Source: a virus
Direction: 5' to 3' (one strand)
Virus record (IMG/VR): IMGVR_UViG_3300009001_000006
Span: 1-64,000 of that record
Length of the DNA: 64,000 bases
The notes beneath the pieces were generated by a model, which saw only the letters and a list, made by a program, of their open reading frames with translations, ran no database searches and was not told the DNA's origin. The position numbers were made by a program, and so were the translations under genes. Shown here in pieces: positions 9,322 to 18,677 of this stretch. Positions within the stretch are counted from its first letter, which is position 1. Every line of letters starts with the position of its first letter.

Positions 9322-10315
9322 CATAGCAATATTATTTATCTATACTCACAAATGCCCTCTTACAAATACTAACTATGAATCCATTGTGAAGCATAGCGGA
9401 GACATGCCGGTTTATGCTATACATCAAAATGATTTTAGCAATTATTTTTATCCAGAATTAGATTATAGGCACATTAGCCAATGGGGTGGTAGGGATATAT
9501 GGTATTGGGGATCTGATAATATATTTTTGTATTGGTATCTATCTAATCCAGATAAAAGAGCAAAACAATATCTAATTTTAGAATACGACACGTATGTAAC
9601 ACAGGATATCAAAGAATTCCTTAATATAGACCAAAAGGTTATAGATCATAATGGCATAATGTCTGCTTACAGCATTTTTGCAAAATCACACCCTGGGGGT
9701 TATTGGTGGTTCGACGTTCAAAGATTTCATCCTTTAATTGATAAATTCTATGGATGGAATAAATTTGCTGCATGCTCTCCTTTATGCGCCAATATGATAT
9801 CGGATGACGCTGTACAAATAATATTAGAACATCTGCGAGAAATACCTCTTGCCAATAAGCTTTATGTTGAGACAAAATTTGCTACAATACTTAATTACTT
9901 AAATTATAATGTATCAAATTATAATACCAACAATGCAGATAAATGTGTCTCTTATTCTACTGATATATGTTTAGACAATATAATAAGCAGCTTTAGCAAT
10001 TCAGATCCACAAAAACTTTCAGGAATGTATCATCCAATTAAAGATATTAAAATTATAGAGAAATATTTTATGAATAAAAAATTTGACAAACAACAGATAT
10101 CAAAAGCCTTATTCGGACAAATGCACGACGTAACATCGGGCGTGAAATTTATGAAAGATGTTTTAGATACTAAGTCACTAATTATAGATAATAGTATGTT
10201 TGGGGATCCGAGCCCTGGTTTTCATAAAAAATTATATCTTAAATATAAGAAAAATGGTCAAATTTACAATAAAACTATGAATGAAGGAGAAACCCTCGAT
10301 TTTGAAGATCTATAA
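9314..10315 (+). CDS. Putative glycosyltransferase-like protein with C-terminal SUEL/rhamnose-lectin-like module
   Basis: LEYD and YHPIK GT-A-like motifs; C-terminal NSMFGDPSPGFHKKLYLKY. Confidence 0.5.
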   Translation: MNDIAILFIYTHKCPLTNTNYESIVKHSGDMPVYAIHQNDFSNYFYPELDYRHISQWGGRDIWYWGSDNIFLYWYLSNPDKRAKQYLILEYDTYVTQDIKEFLNIDQKVIDHNGIMSAYSIFAKSHPGGYWWFDVQRFHPLIDKFYGWNKFAACSPLCANMISDDAVQIILEHLREIPLANKLYVETKFATILNYLNYNVSNYNTNNADKCVSYSTDICLDNIISSFSNSDPQKLSGMYHPIKDIKIIEKYFMNKKFDKQQISKALFGQMHDVTSGVKFMKDVLDTKSLIIDNSMFGDPSPGFHKKLYLKYKKNGQIYNKTMNEGETLDFEDL

Positions 10316-10316
10316 T

Positions 10317-10326
10317 GGTGTATTAT
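10317..10326 (+). promoter_or_regulatory. Putative phage late-promoter motif GGTGTATTAT
   Basis: Intergenic copy of the recurrent GGTGTATAAT motif immediately after a stop codon. Confidence 0.55.
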
Positions 10327-10359
10327 TAGATATATCACAACCCCCAGTCGAGGAAAACC

Positions 10360-11106
10360 ATGCCATTACCCAAAAGACAAAAAGACGAAAACAAACAAAA
10401 ATTTATTTTTAGATGCATGTCAGATGAAAAAGCTAAAAAAGAATTTCCAGATAATAAACAAAGATTAGGGATGTGCATGTCTAATGCTTCAGAATATAAT
10501 CTATTAGCAAATATAAATGATTGCTATTATAACGAAACATATGGTTATACAGAAGAACTTAGTGACCAAAATTTTATAGAGGTATCAAGTGAAGATTATT
10601 TAGATTTTGGAGATGTTGCAGAAGAGTATGATATTTCCATTGCTAAACCAGGATTATGGGAAAATATACGAAAGAAAAAAGAAAGAGAAGGTAAAAAATA
10701 TCGACCAGCCAAGCCTGGTGATAAAGATAGACCATCTAAAGAAGCATGGAAAAAAGCCCAATCAGTAAAAGAGTATAAATATAGAGATCCTAAAACCGGA
10801 GAAATATATATTTACGATAAACCAGGAGCTTATAAAAAAGACGGCAGATATCTGATAAAAGCTGCTGAATATCAGGGTAGAAAAGTAACACTAAATAAAC
10901 CGTTTAGAACTTCTAACGGACCTAAAAAATTTGCTGTATATACCAAAAATGAAAAAGGCAATGTGGTGATTGTTCGTTTTGGCGATCCAAATATGAAGAT
11001 TAAAAAGAACATTCCTGAAAGGCGAAAAAGTTTTAGGGCTAGACACAATTGTGATAATCCTGGCCCTAAATGGAAAGCTCGATATTGGTCCTGTAAAGCT
11101 TGGTGA
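10360..11106 (+). CDS. Multi-module basic phage protein (probable head-associated)
   Basis: Short modules MPLPKR..FIFRCM..QRL, GLWENIRKK, and KVTLNKP...FGDPNM...RKSFRARHNC...ARYWSC, which I recognise from large aquatic phages; GAGG RBS. Confidence 0.7.
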   Translation: MPLPKRQKDENKQKFIFRCMSDEKAKKEFPDNKQRLGMCMSNASEYNLLANINDCYYNETYGYTEELSDQNFIEVSSEDYLDFGDVAEEYDISIAKPGLWENIRKKKEREGKKYRPAKPGDKDRPSKEAWKKAQSVKEYKYRDPKTGEIYIYDKPGAYKKDGRYLIKAAEYQGRKVTLNKPFRTSNGPKKFAVYTKNEKGNVVIVRFGDPNMKIKKNIPERRKSFRARHNCDNPGPKWKARYWSCKAW

Positions 11107-11110
11107 CCAT

Positions 11111-11794
11111 ATGTTTCATCTGATCTCACAAATACAAAATAATCTAGCTTTGGATAAAATAAAATTTTTATCCAATTTTGAATATAAGTCTTCTCCATAC
11201 GCTAGTGTTAAATTTCCAGAGATTGGAAGAAATATTAACCTATTTAATATTATTGATGAGCCACCCAAAAATTCTAGTATCAGTACAAAAAAAGAATTAG
11301 ATCATATCCATAAACTAACGACAAGCAGAAGTAAAGAAGACAAAGATTTAGTATATCTTGTAGATACTAATCCAATGCTATTGTTTGACTCATTAATACA
11401 ACAATACGACATGAAATTTGATCTTCAACTATTTAATAAAGCATTTATTACCGTTATTGTTTCTATAATAGATCATCTTAAATATTTCTACAATAGGGCT
11501 CGCCCAATCCAAATAGCTCAGAAGCTAGATATACCTATAGATGTAATTGTAACAGCAACACATCACACGCCATCATATCCTAGTGGCCACACCATGTACG
11601 CTGCGTTTATAGGCGAGCTATTAAAAAAAGACTACCCAGAACACACTAATAAAATAGACCAGCTAGTAAGAAAAACAGGGTATGCTAGAGTGCTTCAGGG
11701 AGTTCACTACCCTTCTGATAATATTGCGGCAATAAAGATTGTTAATAAAATTTTTCCTAATATACATTCAAACATCTTAAAGGAGTCAAAATGA
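11111..11794 (+). CDS. PAP2 / vanadium-haloperoxidase superfamily phosphatase
   Basis: KYFYNRARP, PSYPSGH, ARVLQGVHYPSD (C1-C3 motifs); ATG 11111 preferred over 11051. Confidence 0.85.
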   Translation: MFHLISQIQNNLALDKIKFLSNFEYKSSPYASVKFPEIGRNINLFNIIDEPPKNSSISTKKELDHIHKLTTSRSKEDKDLVYLVDTNPMLLFDSLIQQYDMKFDLQLFNKAFITVIVSIIDHLKYFYNRARPIQIAQKLDIPIDVIVTATHHTPSYPSGHTMYAAFIGELLKKDYPEHTNKIDQLVRKTGYARVLQGVHYPSDNIAAIKIVNKIFPNIHSNILKESK

Positions 11795-12201
11795 GCTATA
11801 AAAGAATATTAAATAATATACAAGAACAGATTAAAGCTAATGATGAAACACCACAAGAAGAACTAATGGAATATAAAACAGATTTTCTTGAAATGAATAT
11901 TGGATCATTAAAAGCAATCATGAAGCATGCGGAAGCAATCCTCATGTCCTTAGACGACAGCTCTGTAAAAAACAACTTGACAGAAAGCTGGCTACAGGGT
12001 AAAATTGCAATAACTGAAGACTACATGAGAACAATACACGATTTTGTAAAGTATGTACCTTCAGATGACGATAAGGTTAGTGCTGGTTGTGGTTGCGGTG
12101 GGGCTAAAAAAAATAATGCAAAACCGAATGTTAAAAAACAATCATCGCCACCAAAACAAGAGCCAAAAGGTAAATCAGAACATATACATAAACCCCAATA
12201 A
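11791..12201 (+). CDS. Hypothetical phage protein (WLQGKI..EDY module)
   Basis: AGGAG RBS; LTESWLQGKIAITEDYM resembles a widespread phage head-protein module. Confidence 0.65.
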   Translation: MSYKRILNNIQEQIKANDETPQEELMEYKTDFLEMNIGSLKAIMKHAEAILMSLDDSSVKNNLTESWLQGKIAITEDYMRTIHDFVKYVPSDDDKVSAGCGCGGAKKNNAKPNVKKQSSPPKQEPKGKSEHIHKPQ

Positions 12202-12258
12202 TTTATATTATTGGTTTGATATTGGAAATTAATTTAACACTAAGGACAAAGGATTAAC

Positions 12259-12918
12259 ATGATAGATATAGTAAATATTGGTAAACAAAAAACTAAATAC
12301 AATAATAAAAATAAGATTAAGTTTGAATCTCTAGATTTTTATATTAATCTAGCACAAAAAAGCATATCTAAATTTGCTGACCAAATATGCCAAGGTTCGG
12401 CTAAAAGAATGCTACAAAGCGAAGATGCTATTTCTAATATAGCCAATGGCATTATGATGGCTGACTGGCGATGGGACAGAGACAGAAAAGGCAAGGATTC
12501 TGGCAAAGGGAAGACCAGATATTCATATAGAAATCAGTGTGCTATATGGTCTATCAAAAGTTATATTACCAGACAATATAGCAAGAAAAATCAAATTAGA
12601 CATCAAACACTATCTTTAGACCAAGAATACAATGATGATCTAAATCTACAAAATATTGTAAGTAAAAATCATCATAACAATGTTTTAGAAGATATTATTC
12701 ATCAAGAAGAAAAAAATATTATTAGTCAAGATATTCACGAGCTATTAAATAGCGGAATTATTTCTGATAGGCAGGCTGATTTTATTAGGATGTATTTTTT
12801 TGAAGACATGACATTAGAAAACATCGGTAAGCAATATAATATTACCAGAGAAGCGGTTAGACAAAATCTCAATAAGGCCTATAATATAATAAGAAAGGTT
12901 GTAGGGTCTAATGATTAA
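12259..12918 (+). CDS. Phage-encoded sigma70-family RNA polymerase sigma factor
   Basis: Region 2-like GIMMADWRWD...YSY...AIWSI; region 4 HTH MTLENIGKQYNITREAVRQ. Confidence 0.85.
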   Translation: MIDIVNIGKQKTKYNNKNKIKFESLDFYINLAQKSISKFADQICQGSAKRMLQSEDAISNIANGIMMADWRWDRDRKGKDSGKGKTRYSYRNQCAIWSIKSYITRQYSKKNQIRHQTLSLDQEYNDDLNLQNIVSKNHHNNVLEDIIHQEEKNIISQDIHELLNSGIISDRQADFIRMYFFEDMTLENIGKQYNITREAVRQNLNKAYNIIRKVVGSND

Positions 12919-13306
12919 AGCTGTTGCTGGATTAATTACTACAGATTTTTATAAAGAAGAAAAATACATACTATCTAATAAAGAAGATAGTATTAGTTTA
13001 CCGCACTGGGAAATAAATGACTATAAAGACCTATCTAATAAAATTAAAGCCCATATCGTAGATGATGTATTTACAGATAAAGCCATGGCTAATGGCTATA
13101 TTAACTTAAAATTTTTAAGTATTAATGATCAATATATTTCTCAAATATTTTCTGACTCTAATGAAAATCTATATTTTTTATATGGATGTATCTGCCCTAA
13201 AATATCTATCAACCAAGATTTTTTCTGGAAAAAATTCGACATATATGACACCGAAATACGATTAGAGTTAAATATTATCAATGACATTATTTCAAAAACT
13301 ATATAA
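12911..13306 (+). CDS. Hypothetical protein
   Basis: Overlapping operon-like ORF. Confidence 0.6.
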   Translation: MIKAVAGLITTDFYKEEKYILSNKEDSISLPHWEINDYKDLSNKIKAHIVDDVFTDKAMANGYINLKFLSINDQYISQIFSDSNENLYFLYGCICPKISINQDFFWKKFDIYDTEIRLELNIINDIISKTI

Positions 13307-13658
13307 TTATTGCTATAACCAAAAGCCTGAGCAAAAAGAAAACAGCAGCAAACTAAACTCATCAATATTGATAGGTTTGGATAAAAATAATGAATATTTT
13401 TTTGAAATTAAATGGGATCATGATATAGTCACTAGTCCTGATCAATTAGCTAATATAATAATTGGATTAAATTATGGTTTATTTACTGAAGAAGTAATTA
13501 ATATATTACAATCCCATAATGGAGATACTATAGATAAAAAAATTATAGAGGAAGCTCTTAGCTTATTAAATAAAAAGCAAAGTATACTCAAAGATATTAC
13601 AGAAGCGGCGGATAATTCTCCCCTAATCAGGCCTAGTAGCGTATTTAAACCATCATGA
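13281..13658 (+). CDS. Hypothetical protein
   Basis: Overlapping operon-like ORF. Confidence 0.6.
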   Translation: MTLFQKLYNYCYNQKPEQKENSSKLNSSILIGLDKNNEYFFEIKWDHDIVTSPDQLANIIIGLNYGLFTEEVINILQSHNGDTIDKKIIEEALSLLNKKQSILKDITEAADNSPLIRPSSVFKPS

Positions 13659-14089
13659 AAAAAACAATACTGTGGCAAAAATGGACTAATCCTTTTGAGC
13701 CACCTACAGAAGATGCTACATCTCTCAATAATATAAGTGTGGAAGATTTTTTAGATAGCGATGAGTGGAACTCGTATAATGACAACGATAACCTTGAAGG
13801 GGAAAATGATCATCATGAAATACCTAAGACCAACACGAAAGCTGTAATTACCCCGATGGGTATAGTTCCTTTTAACGAACATACTGCCTGCACGAAAACC
13901 TTTAAGTTTTGGATAGGTCATACTAATTTTGATATTTCACCAAAAGCAAAAAACATAATAGAAAGTACGCAAGGGGTTGAAACTTTAGATATCTTTACAA
14001 GATACCGTTTTCGTATTAGTATAGGTAAAGCGTTTCAGGATAGATCTGTTATGCAAAAGGTACAAAATAATTTATATGAGAAACTATAA
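13655..14089 (+). CDS. Hypothetical protein
   Basis: ATGA overlap; conserved-looking FWIGHTNFDI...GVETL..FTRYRFRI.IGK. Confidence 0.7.
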   Translation: MKKTILWQKWTNPFEPPTEDATSLNNISVEDFLDSDEWNSYNDNDNLEGENDHHEIPKTNTKAVITPMGIVPFNEHTACTKTFKFWIGHTNFDISPKAKNIIESTQGVETLDIFTRYRFRISIGKAFQDRSVMQKVQNNLYEKL

Positions 14090-14747
14090 CAATTTATCTA
14101 TAGAACATATACATAATTACAATATCGATATCAAAAACAGAGAAATATATTTACATTCTTCTATGTATAGTGAAGAAGACTCTGGTGTGGATTTTAGGTC
14201 TGCTGTAGTATTACATAAAAATCTCAGATATCTCAATAATATGTGTTATGATCCAATCATTATACACATGCACATACCAGGTGGAGAATGGTGTGATTGT
14301 ATGAGTATGTACGACGCTATTAGATTAAGTCCATCGCCAATAGCTACTATTGTTTACTCTAGAGCAGAATCGTCTGGAAGTATTATTTTGCAAGCTGCTG
14401 ATTTAAGAATAATGATGCCCAATGCTTATACTTTAATACATTATGGCAGCACATTTGTTGATGGCGATCACAAAGTGGCCGTATCTAATTTACAATGGTC
14501 TCAAGCAGAAGCTTCTAAGATGGTGGATATCTTTACAGATAAAATGATGGAATCACCGCTTGTCAAAGAAAAAAAATGGAGAAAAGTAAACGCCAAGAAA
14601 CACATTTTATCTCAGTTGGATAATAAAGCTGATTGGATTCTATCACCTACCGAATCTATTCACTATGGTTTTGCTGATGGGATATTTAGCTCAGACGAGT
14701 TTACGTCAGTAGAGGATATCAGAAAGTATTTACAAAAAAATTATTAA
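14076..14747 (+). CDS. clpP: ClpP-like serine protease (S14)
   Basis: REIYL, PGGEW, AESSGSIILQA (Ser), LIHYG (His), DWILSPTESIHYGFAD (Asp). Confidence 0.85.
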   Translation: MRNYNNLSIEHIHNYNIDIKNREIYLHSSMYSEEDSGVDFRSAVVLHKNLRYLNNMCYDPIIIHMHIPGGEWCDCMSMYDAIRLSPSPIATIVYSRAESSGSIILQAADLRIMMPNAYTLIHYGSTFVDGDHKVAVSNLQWSQAEASKMVDIFTDKMMESPLVKEKKWRKVNAKKHILSQLDNKADWILSPTESIHYGFADGIFSSDEFTSVEDIRKYLQKNY

Positions 14748-14750
14748 TTA

Positions 14751-15401
14751 ATGTTTATAGAATTTTTAGTAGACTATTTATATACTGACCAGGAGACCAA
14801 AGATCTCTTTAGAGAATTAAAAACAAATTACGCTGATAGTATAGACTATATACTTATTAATGAACATCAATATAGACTTGCCAGCTATTTTTTTAGTAAC
14901 GCAAAAATTAATGTGTATATAGACTATCCATTAGGATTAAGTACTACGGAAAATAGGATTGCTTCTATATCAAACATATACAATAAATGTAATACGGTTT
15001 CTTTACAAGCGCCAGCATCATTTATCGTCAATAGAAAGTATGATAAAATACGTAAAGAAATTTCTTTGATAAAAGAATCATTTCCTAATATTAGTTTAAG
15101 ATATATTGTAGATTATAGAAAATACAACCATAATATATTAGCTAAATTTGCTAGTATATTAAAAGAAAATAAAATAGATACACTTTATCCGTCAACAGGT
15201 TTTTTTATAGATAATATATACGATAATATATTAGCGTGTAAGTATCTGGAAGAAAAATCAAAGATTAAAACTATTTTTAATGCTAACATATGGACTAAAG
15301 ATCATATAGATCTTATAATAAAATTGAAACCAGTAGGTGTTAACATACAAAATATACATTCCCTAGCTCTCATCAAACAGTATTATGACTCAGAAGAATA
15401 A
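14751..15401 (+). CDS. Deoxyribose-phosphate aldolase (DeoC)-like protein, catalytic lysines absent
   Basis: IDYPLGLSTT and PSTGF match DeoC motifs, but Lys is missing in LRYIVD, LYPSTG and TIFNAN. Confidence 0.6.
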   Translation: MFIEFLVDYLYTDQETKDLFRELKTNYADSIDYILINEHQYRLASYFFSNAKINVYIDYPLGLSTTENRIASISNIYNKCNTVSLQAPASFIVNRKYDKIRKEISLIKESFPNISLRYIVDYRKYNHNILAKFASILKENKIDTLYPSTGFFIDNIYDNILACKYLEEKSKIKTIFNANIWTKDHIDLIIKLKPVGVNIQNIHSLALIKQYYDSEE

Positions 15402-16671
15402 TCTTATTTTCGTTAGTATCGCATCGTATAGAGATCCTGAATTATTACCAACATTACGGGATATGTTTTTAAAAGCTAAGAACCCAGAATTAATTACTGT
15501 TGGTATATGCTGGCAAAAAACAGAAGATGAAACAATAGAAGAATTTCTGTATCATGATAATGTCAGAATATACGAATGCGACTGGCGAGATAGTAAAGGG
15601 GCCTGTTGGTCACGACATATTATCCAAAAACATTTATATAAAGACGAAGAATATTTTTTACAATTAGATTCTCATCATAGATTTTTACAAGATTGGGATG
15701 AGCATTTAAGAAATTTATATCATGAATCAAACTCAGCAAAACCAATTATCGGAGGGTATGGTACTACCTACTGGCCAGAAAAGCCACAAGAAGCGTTAAA
15801 GAATGAACCATACAGAATTATTACTTTTGATACTTTTACAGAAGATGGGGATATAATATCTCGACCTCAATTGATCAATAATCATAAATATTTAAAGTCA
15901 GAGGGTATTAATTTAATTAAAGCAAGATTGCTTTCTGGTCATTTTATCTTTACAACAGGGCATTTTTGTCGAGAATGTATATATGATCCAAATTTGTATT
16001 TTCGCGGTGAAGAGGTAACCCTTAGCGCAAGAGCATACACTCATGGTTACGATATGTTTCACCCCACATACACCATTATATGGCACGAATATTTAAGACA
16101 AAAACAACACAAACATTGGGATGATCATGTTAAAGCTAATAATTTTGAAATCGAAGCAGAAGCCAGAAATATAAGATCGAAAGAAAGGCAGCGTAAGCTT
16201 TTTGGTATGGAATTATCTAATATAGATTTCAGACATTATGGACTAGGCAACAAAAGAACCTTACACGAATACGAGCTTTATTGCGGCTTGGATTTCCAGA
16301 ACAGAAGAGTGCATAAATACGCTGCTCGCATCAATGACTCTACAAACATACCAGAACCATACATCATGACAGAAGAAGAGTGGTCAAATGGCATGCTTGG
16401 TACCAATACTTATAATGTTGAATGGAATAGAGATGACATACCAGATAATGTTAAGTTTGATTTCTGGTTTTTTGGTTTTGAAGACAAAGACAATAATTTA
16501 CTGTGGAGAAAAGACTTTAATCACGAAGAAGCTTATTATGAAGATATTTTCAACAAAAAGAGGAATTCCCATCACGCTAAATTTTCATGCGATGGAAAGG
16601 TAGATCATTGTGTAATTATCCCACATATTGAAGGTGGTGACTGGTGCAAAAAAATAACCATTAAAGTTTAA
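15385..16671 (+). CDS. GT60 polypeptide/hydroxyproline alpha-GlcNAc transferase-like protein
   Basis: IFVSIASYRDPEL, SKGACWSR, LQLDSH (DxH), YDPNLYFRGEE..L.ARAYTHGYD, YGLG..RTL..YE. Confidence 0.85.
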   Translation: MTQKNNLIFVSIASYRDPELLPTLRDMFLKAKNPELITVGICWQKTEDETIEEFLYHDNVRIYECDWRDSKGACWSRHIIQKHLYKDEEYFLQLDSHHRFLQDWDEHLRNLYHESNSAKPIIGGYGTTYWPEKPQEALKNEPYRIITFDTFTEDGDIISRPQLINNHKYLKSEGINLIKARLLSGHFIFTTGHFCRECIYDPNLYFRGEEVTLSARAYTHGYDMFHPTYTIIWHEYLRQKQHKHWDDHVKANNFEIEAEARNIRSKERQRKLFGMELSNIDFRHYGLGNKRTLHEYELYCGLDFQNRRVHKYAARINDSTNIPEPYIMTEEEWSNGMLGTNTYNVEWNRDDIPDNVKFDFWFFGFEDKDNNLLWRKDFNHEEAYYEDIFNKKRNSHHAKFSCDGKVDHCVIIPHIEGGDWCKKITIKV

Positions 16672-16686
16672 CAGGATTATAGATAC

Positions 16687-17754
16687 ATGGCCAAAAAAAC
16701 TGAACCAAGCAGCCCAAACACAACAGTAAGGCGAAAAAATACTAAAAAGTCCGATGTTGATGCAAAACAAACTAAATCGAGGCAAACTAAATCTAGACAA
16801 ACTAAATCTAGACAAACCAAAGCAGCAACCATAGAAAAAAAAACTAGAACTGCAGCCCGAAGAAAAACCACCTCAAAAATTAATAGAATTTTATGCTTCA
16901 CTAATTTTAACAATAATCCGTCAGATTTACTCAAATATATACATGAAATTAAAGATCAAACATACACAAACAATATTGATTATTTAATTAATATCTTCGT
17001 AGAATCTAGAGAGCAAGAAAATACATACAAAGACATATTAAAAAATTATTACATTAATAATATTATCAAGATTTGTTTTAGTAAAAAACCATCAGATATA
17101 GATGACATAAAATATGATTTGGGATTATTAAAACATATCTCACCAGAACAATACAATACTTTTATCTACTGCGATCCATCCTTTAGCTATAATGCTAATC
17201 ATATAGAAAATTTAATGACTCTATATGCAGATAAGCCTTGTGATGTTTTACAAATCACTAACGATAAAACAGTCAAAGAAAATTTGGATTTATATAAAAA
17301 TTCTAATCAGAAATATAACTTTATCTTCAACAATAAGTCATTAGATGTAATTTTAGCTAGCGACCAACCGATTTCTGAAAAATGGATAGATATATGGTCA
17401 GAGCATAAAATAAAAATCCGTCAATTAGGCCATGTCTCGACATTATTTCAAATAGATAAAGAACACACAGAGACAGTAGCACAAAAAACTTCGAATAACC
17501 ATGATAATTATTACAAAAATATAGAAAATGATTATTTTGCTATATGTATCTTTGAACACAATTACTGGTCTTCATTTGTTTATCTAAATAAGAGAAACAA
17601 TAGAATGTACAATATAGATAATGATGATCATGGGGCTTTTGAGATCAAAGACGAAAATACTATTAATATTAAATGGGACACTTGGGGAGATGAGATTTTC
17701 TATAAAAAATATGATAATGAAAATTATTTCTACACGATTAATCCCCAATCATGA
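16687..17754 (+). CDS. Degenerate GT2-like paralog with basic repeat N-terminus
   Basis: ILCFT..N and C-terminal R.YNI.N..HG.F..I.WD..G.E.F shared with the next gene; (QTKSR)n tail. Confidence 0.65.
   Translation: MAKKTEPSSPNTTVRRKNTKKSDVDAKQTKSRQTKSRQTKSRQTKAATIEKKTRTAARRKTTSKINRILCFTNFNNNPSDLLKYIHEIKDQTYTNNIDYLINIFVESREQENTYKDILKNYYINNIIKICFSKKPSDIDDIKYDLGLLKHISPEQYNTFIYCDPSFSYNANHIENLMTLYADKPCDVLQITNDKTVKENLDLYKNSNQKYNFIFNNKSLDVILASDQPISEKWIDIWSEHKIKIRQLGHVSTLFQIDKEHTETVAQKTSNNHDNYYKNIENDYFAICIFEHNYWSSFVYLNKRNNRMYNIDNDDHGAFEIKDENTINIKWDTWGDEIFYKKYDNENYFYTINPQS
16768..16821 (+). repeat. 15-bp coding tandem repeat CAAACTAAATCTAGA (about 3.6 copies)
   Basis: caaactaaatcgagg caaactaaatctaga caaactaaatctaga caaaccaaa. 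Confidence 0.9.
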
Positions 17755-18677
17755 AAATCAAACAACCGAAAGTACTATGTTTCACCACATCATACAATAG
17801 ACCATACCACCTGTATAATTGTATAAACAGTATATTAAATCAATCTTATAAAAATATAACCTACTCAGTGGGTGTTTGTACTCATACGGATATGGATTCG
17901 TATAGATCATTGCTGTCTAACTATACAAGCGACAAAAGATTCAAATTAAGTTTTCACGAAAATCTATCTCAACATGAAAACTATCTTTATCCAATAAAAA
18001 TAACTGAATATCAAAAATACGACATTTTTATTAAAATTGATGATGATGATATATATAAAAAAGAATATATAGAAAATATGGTTGCTGATTATTTGAAATA
18101 TAACAAAGATGTGTTATCAGCATATATACGATATCAACTAAATAATAATCGTTTATACAAAGGGAATTTTGATAATGTTGGCGGCCATTGGCACGAAGAC
18201 CTGAAAAGCAAAACTAAGTTTGGTATGCCATTTACATATGTTTTTAATCAAAAAGCACTAGAAGTATTACTTAACACCACCAGCGATGAGCTTAGTCAAA
18301 TACATATCTTTGAAGATGCTGGATGGAGGAGAAAATGGAGAGAAAATAAAATAACCTCCAAAGTAATAGAAAATATTGATTCCGCCATATATAATATCCA
18401 TGGGCAAAATATATCATCAAAACATTGCCTGATAGATAAAACAATAGAAGATAAGATATACGTAACTTACAAAAATTTTGATCTCGCATATTTTATGCAT
18501 TATGGCTGGCAATCATATTGTTTTATAGACAAAAAACATAATAGAATATTCAATATAGAAAATAATCATTATGGCAAATTCGACATAGAAAAAAATCATA
18601 TTATTATTAATTGGGATAATTATGGCAAAGAAATTTTTAAATTAGACAGCAACAAAATTTACCAATATATTAAATGA
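17751..18677 (+). CDS. GT2 glycosyltransferase
   Basis: TTSYNRP...INSILNQSY, KIDDDDIY, ED. Confidence 0.88.
   Translation: MKIKQPKVLCFTTSYNRPYHLYNCINSILNQSYKNITYSVGVCTHTDMDSYRSLLSNYTSDKRFKLSFHENLSQHENYLYPIKITEYQKYDIFIKIDDDDIYKKEYIENMVADYLKYNKDVLSAYIRYQLNNNRLYKGNFDNVGGHWHEDLKSKTKFGMPFTYVFNQKALEVLLNTTSDELSQIHIFEDAGWRRKWRENKITSKVIENIDSAIYNIHGQNISSKHCLIDKTIEDKIYVTYKNFDLAYFMHYGWQSYCFIDKKHNRIFNIENNHYGKFDIEKNHIIINWDNYGKEIFKLDSNKIYQYIK

Noticed and set aside
16585-16934. Minus-strand ORFs with SRFSL / CLDLV repeats
   Set aside because: They are antisense readings of the 15-bp QTKSR coding repeat.
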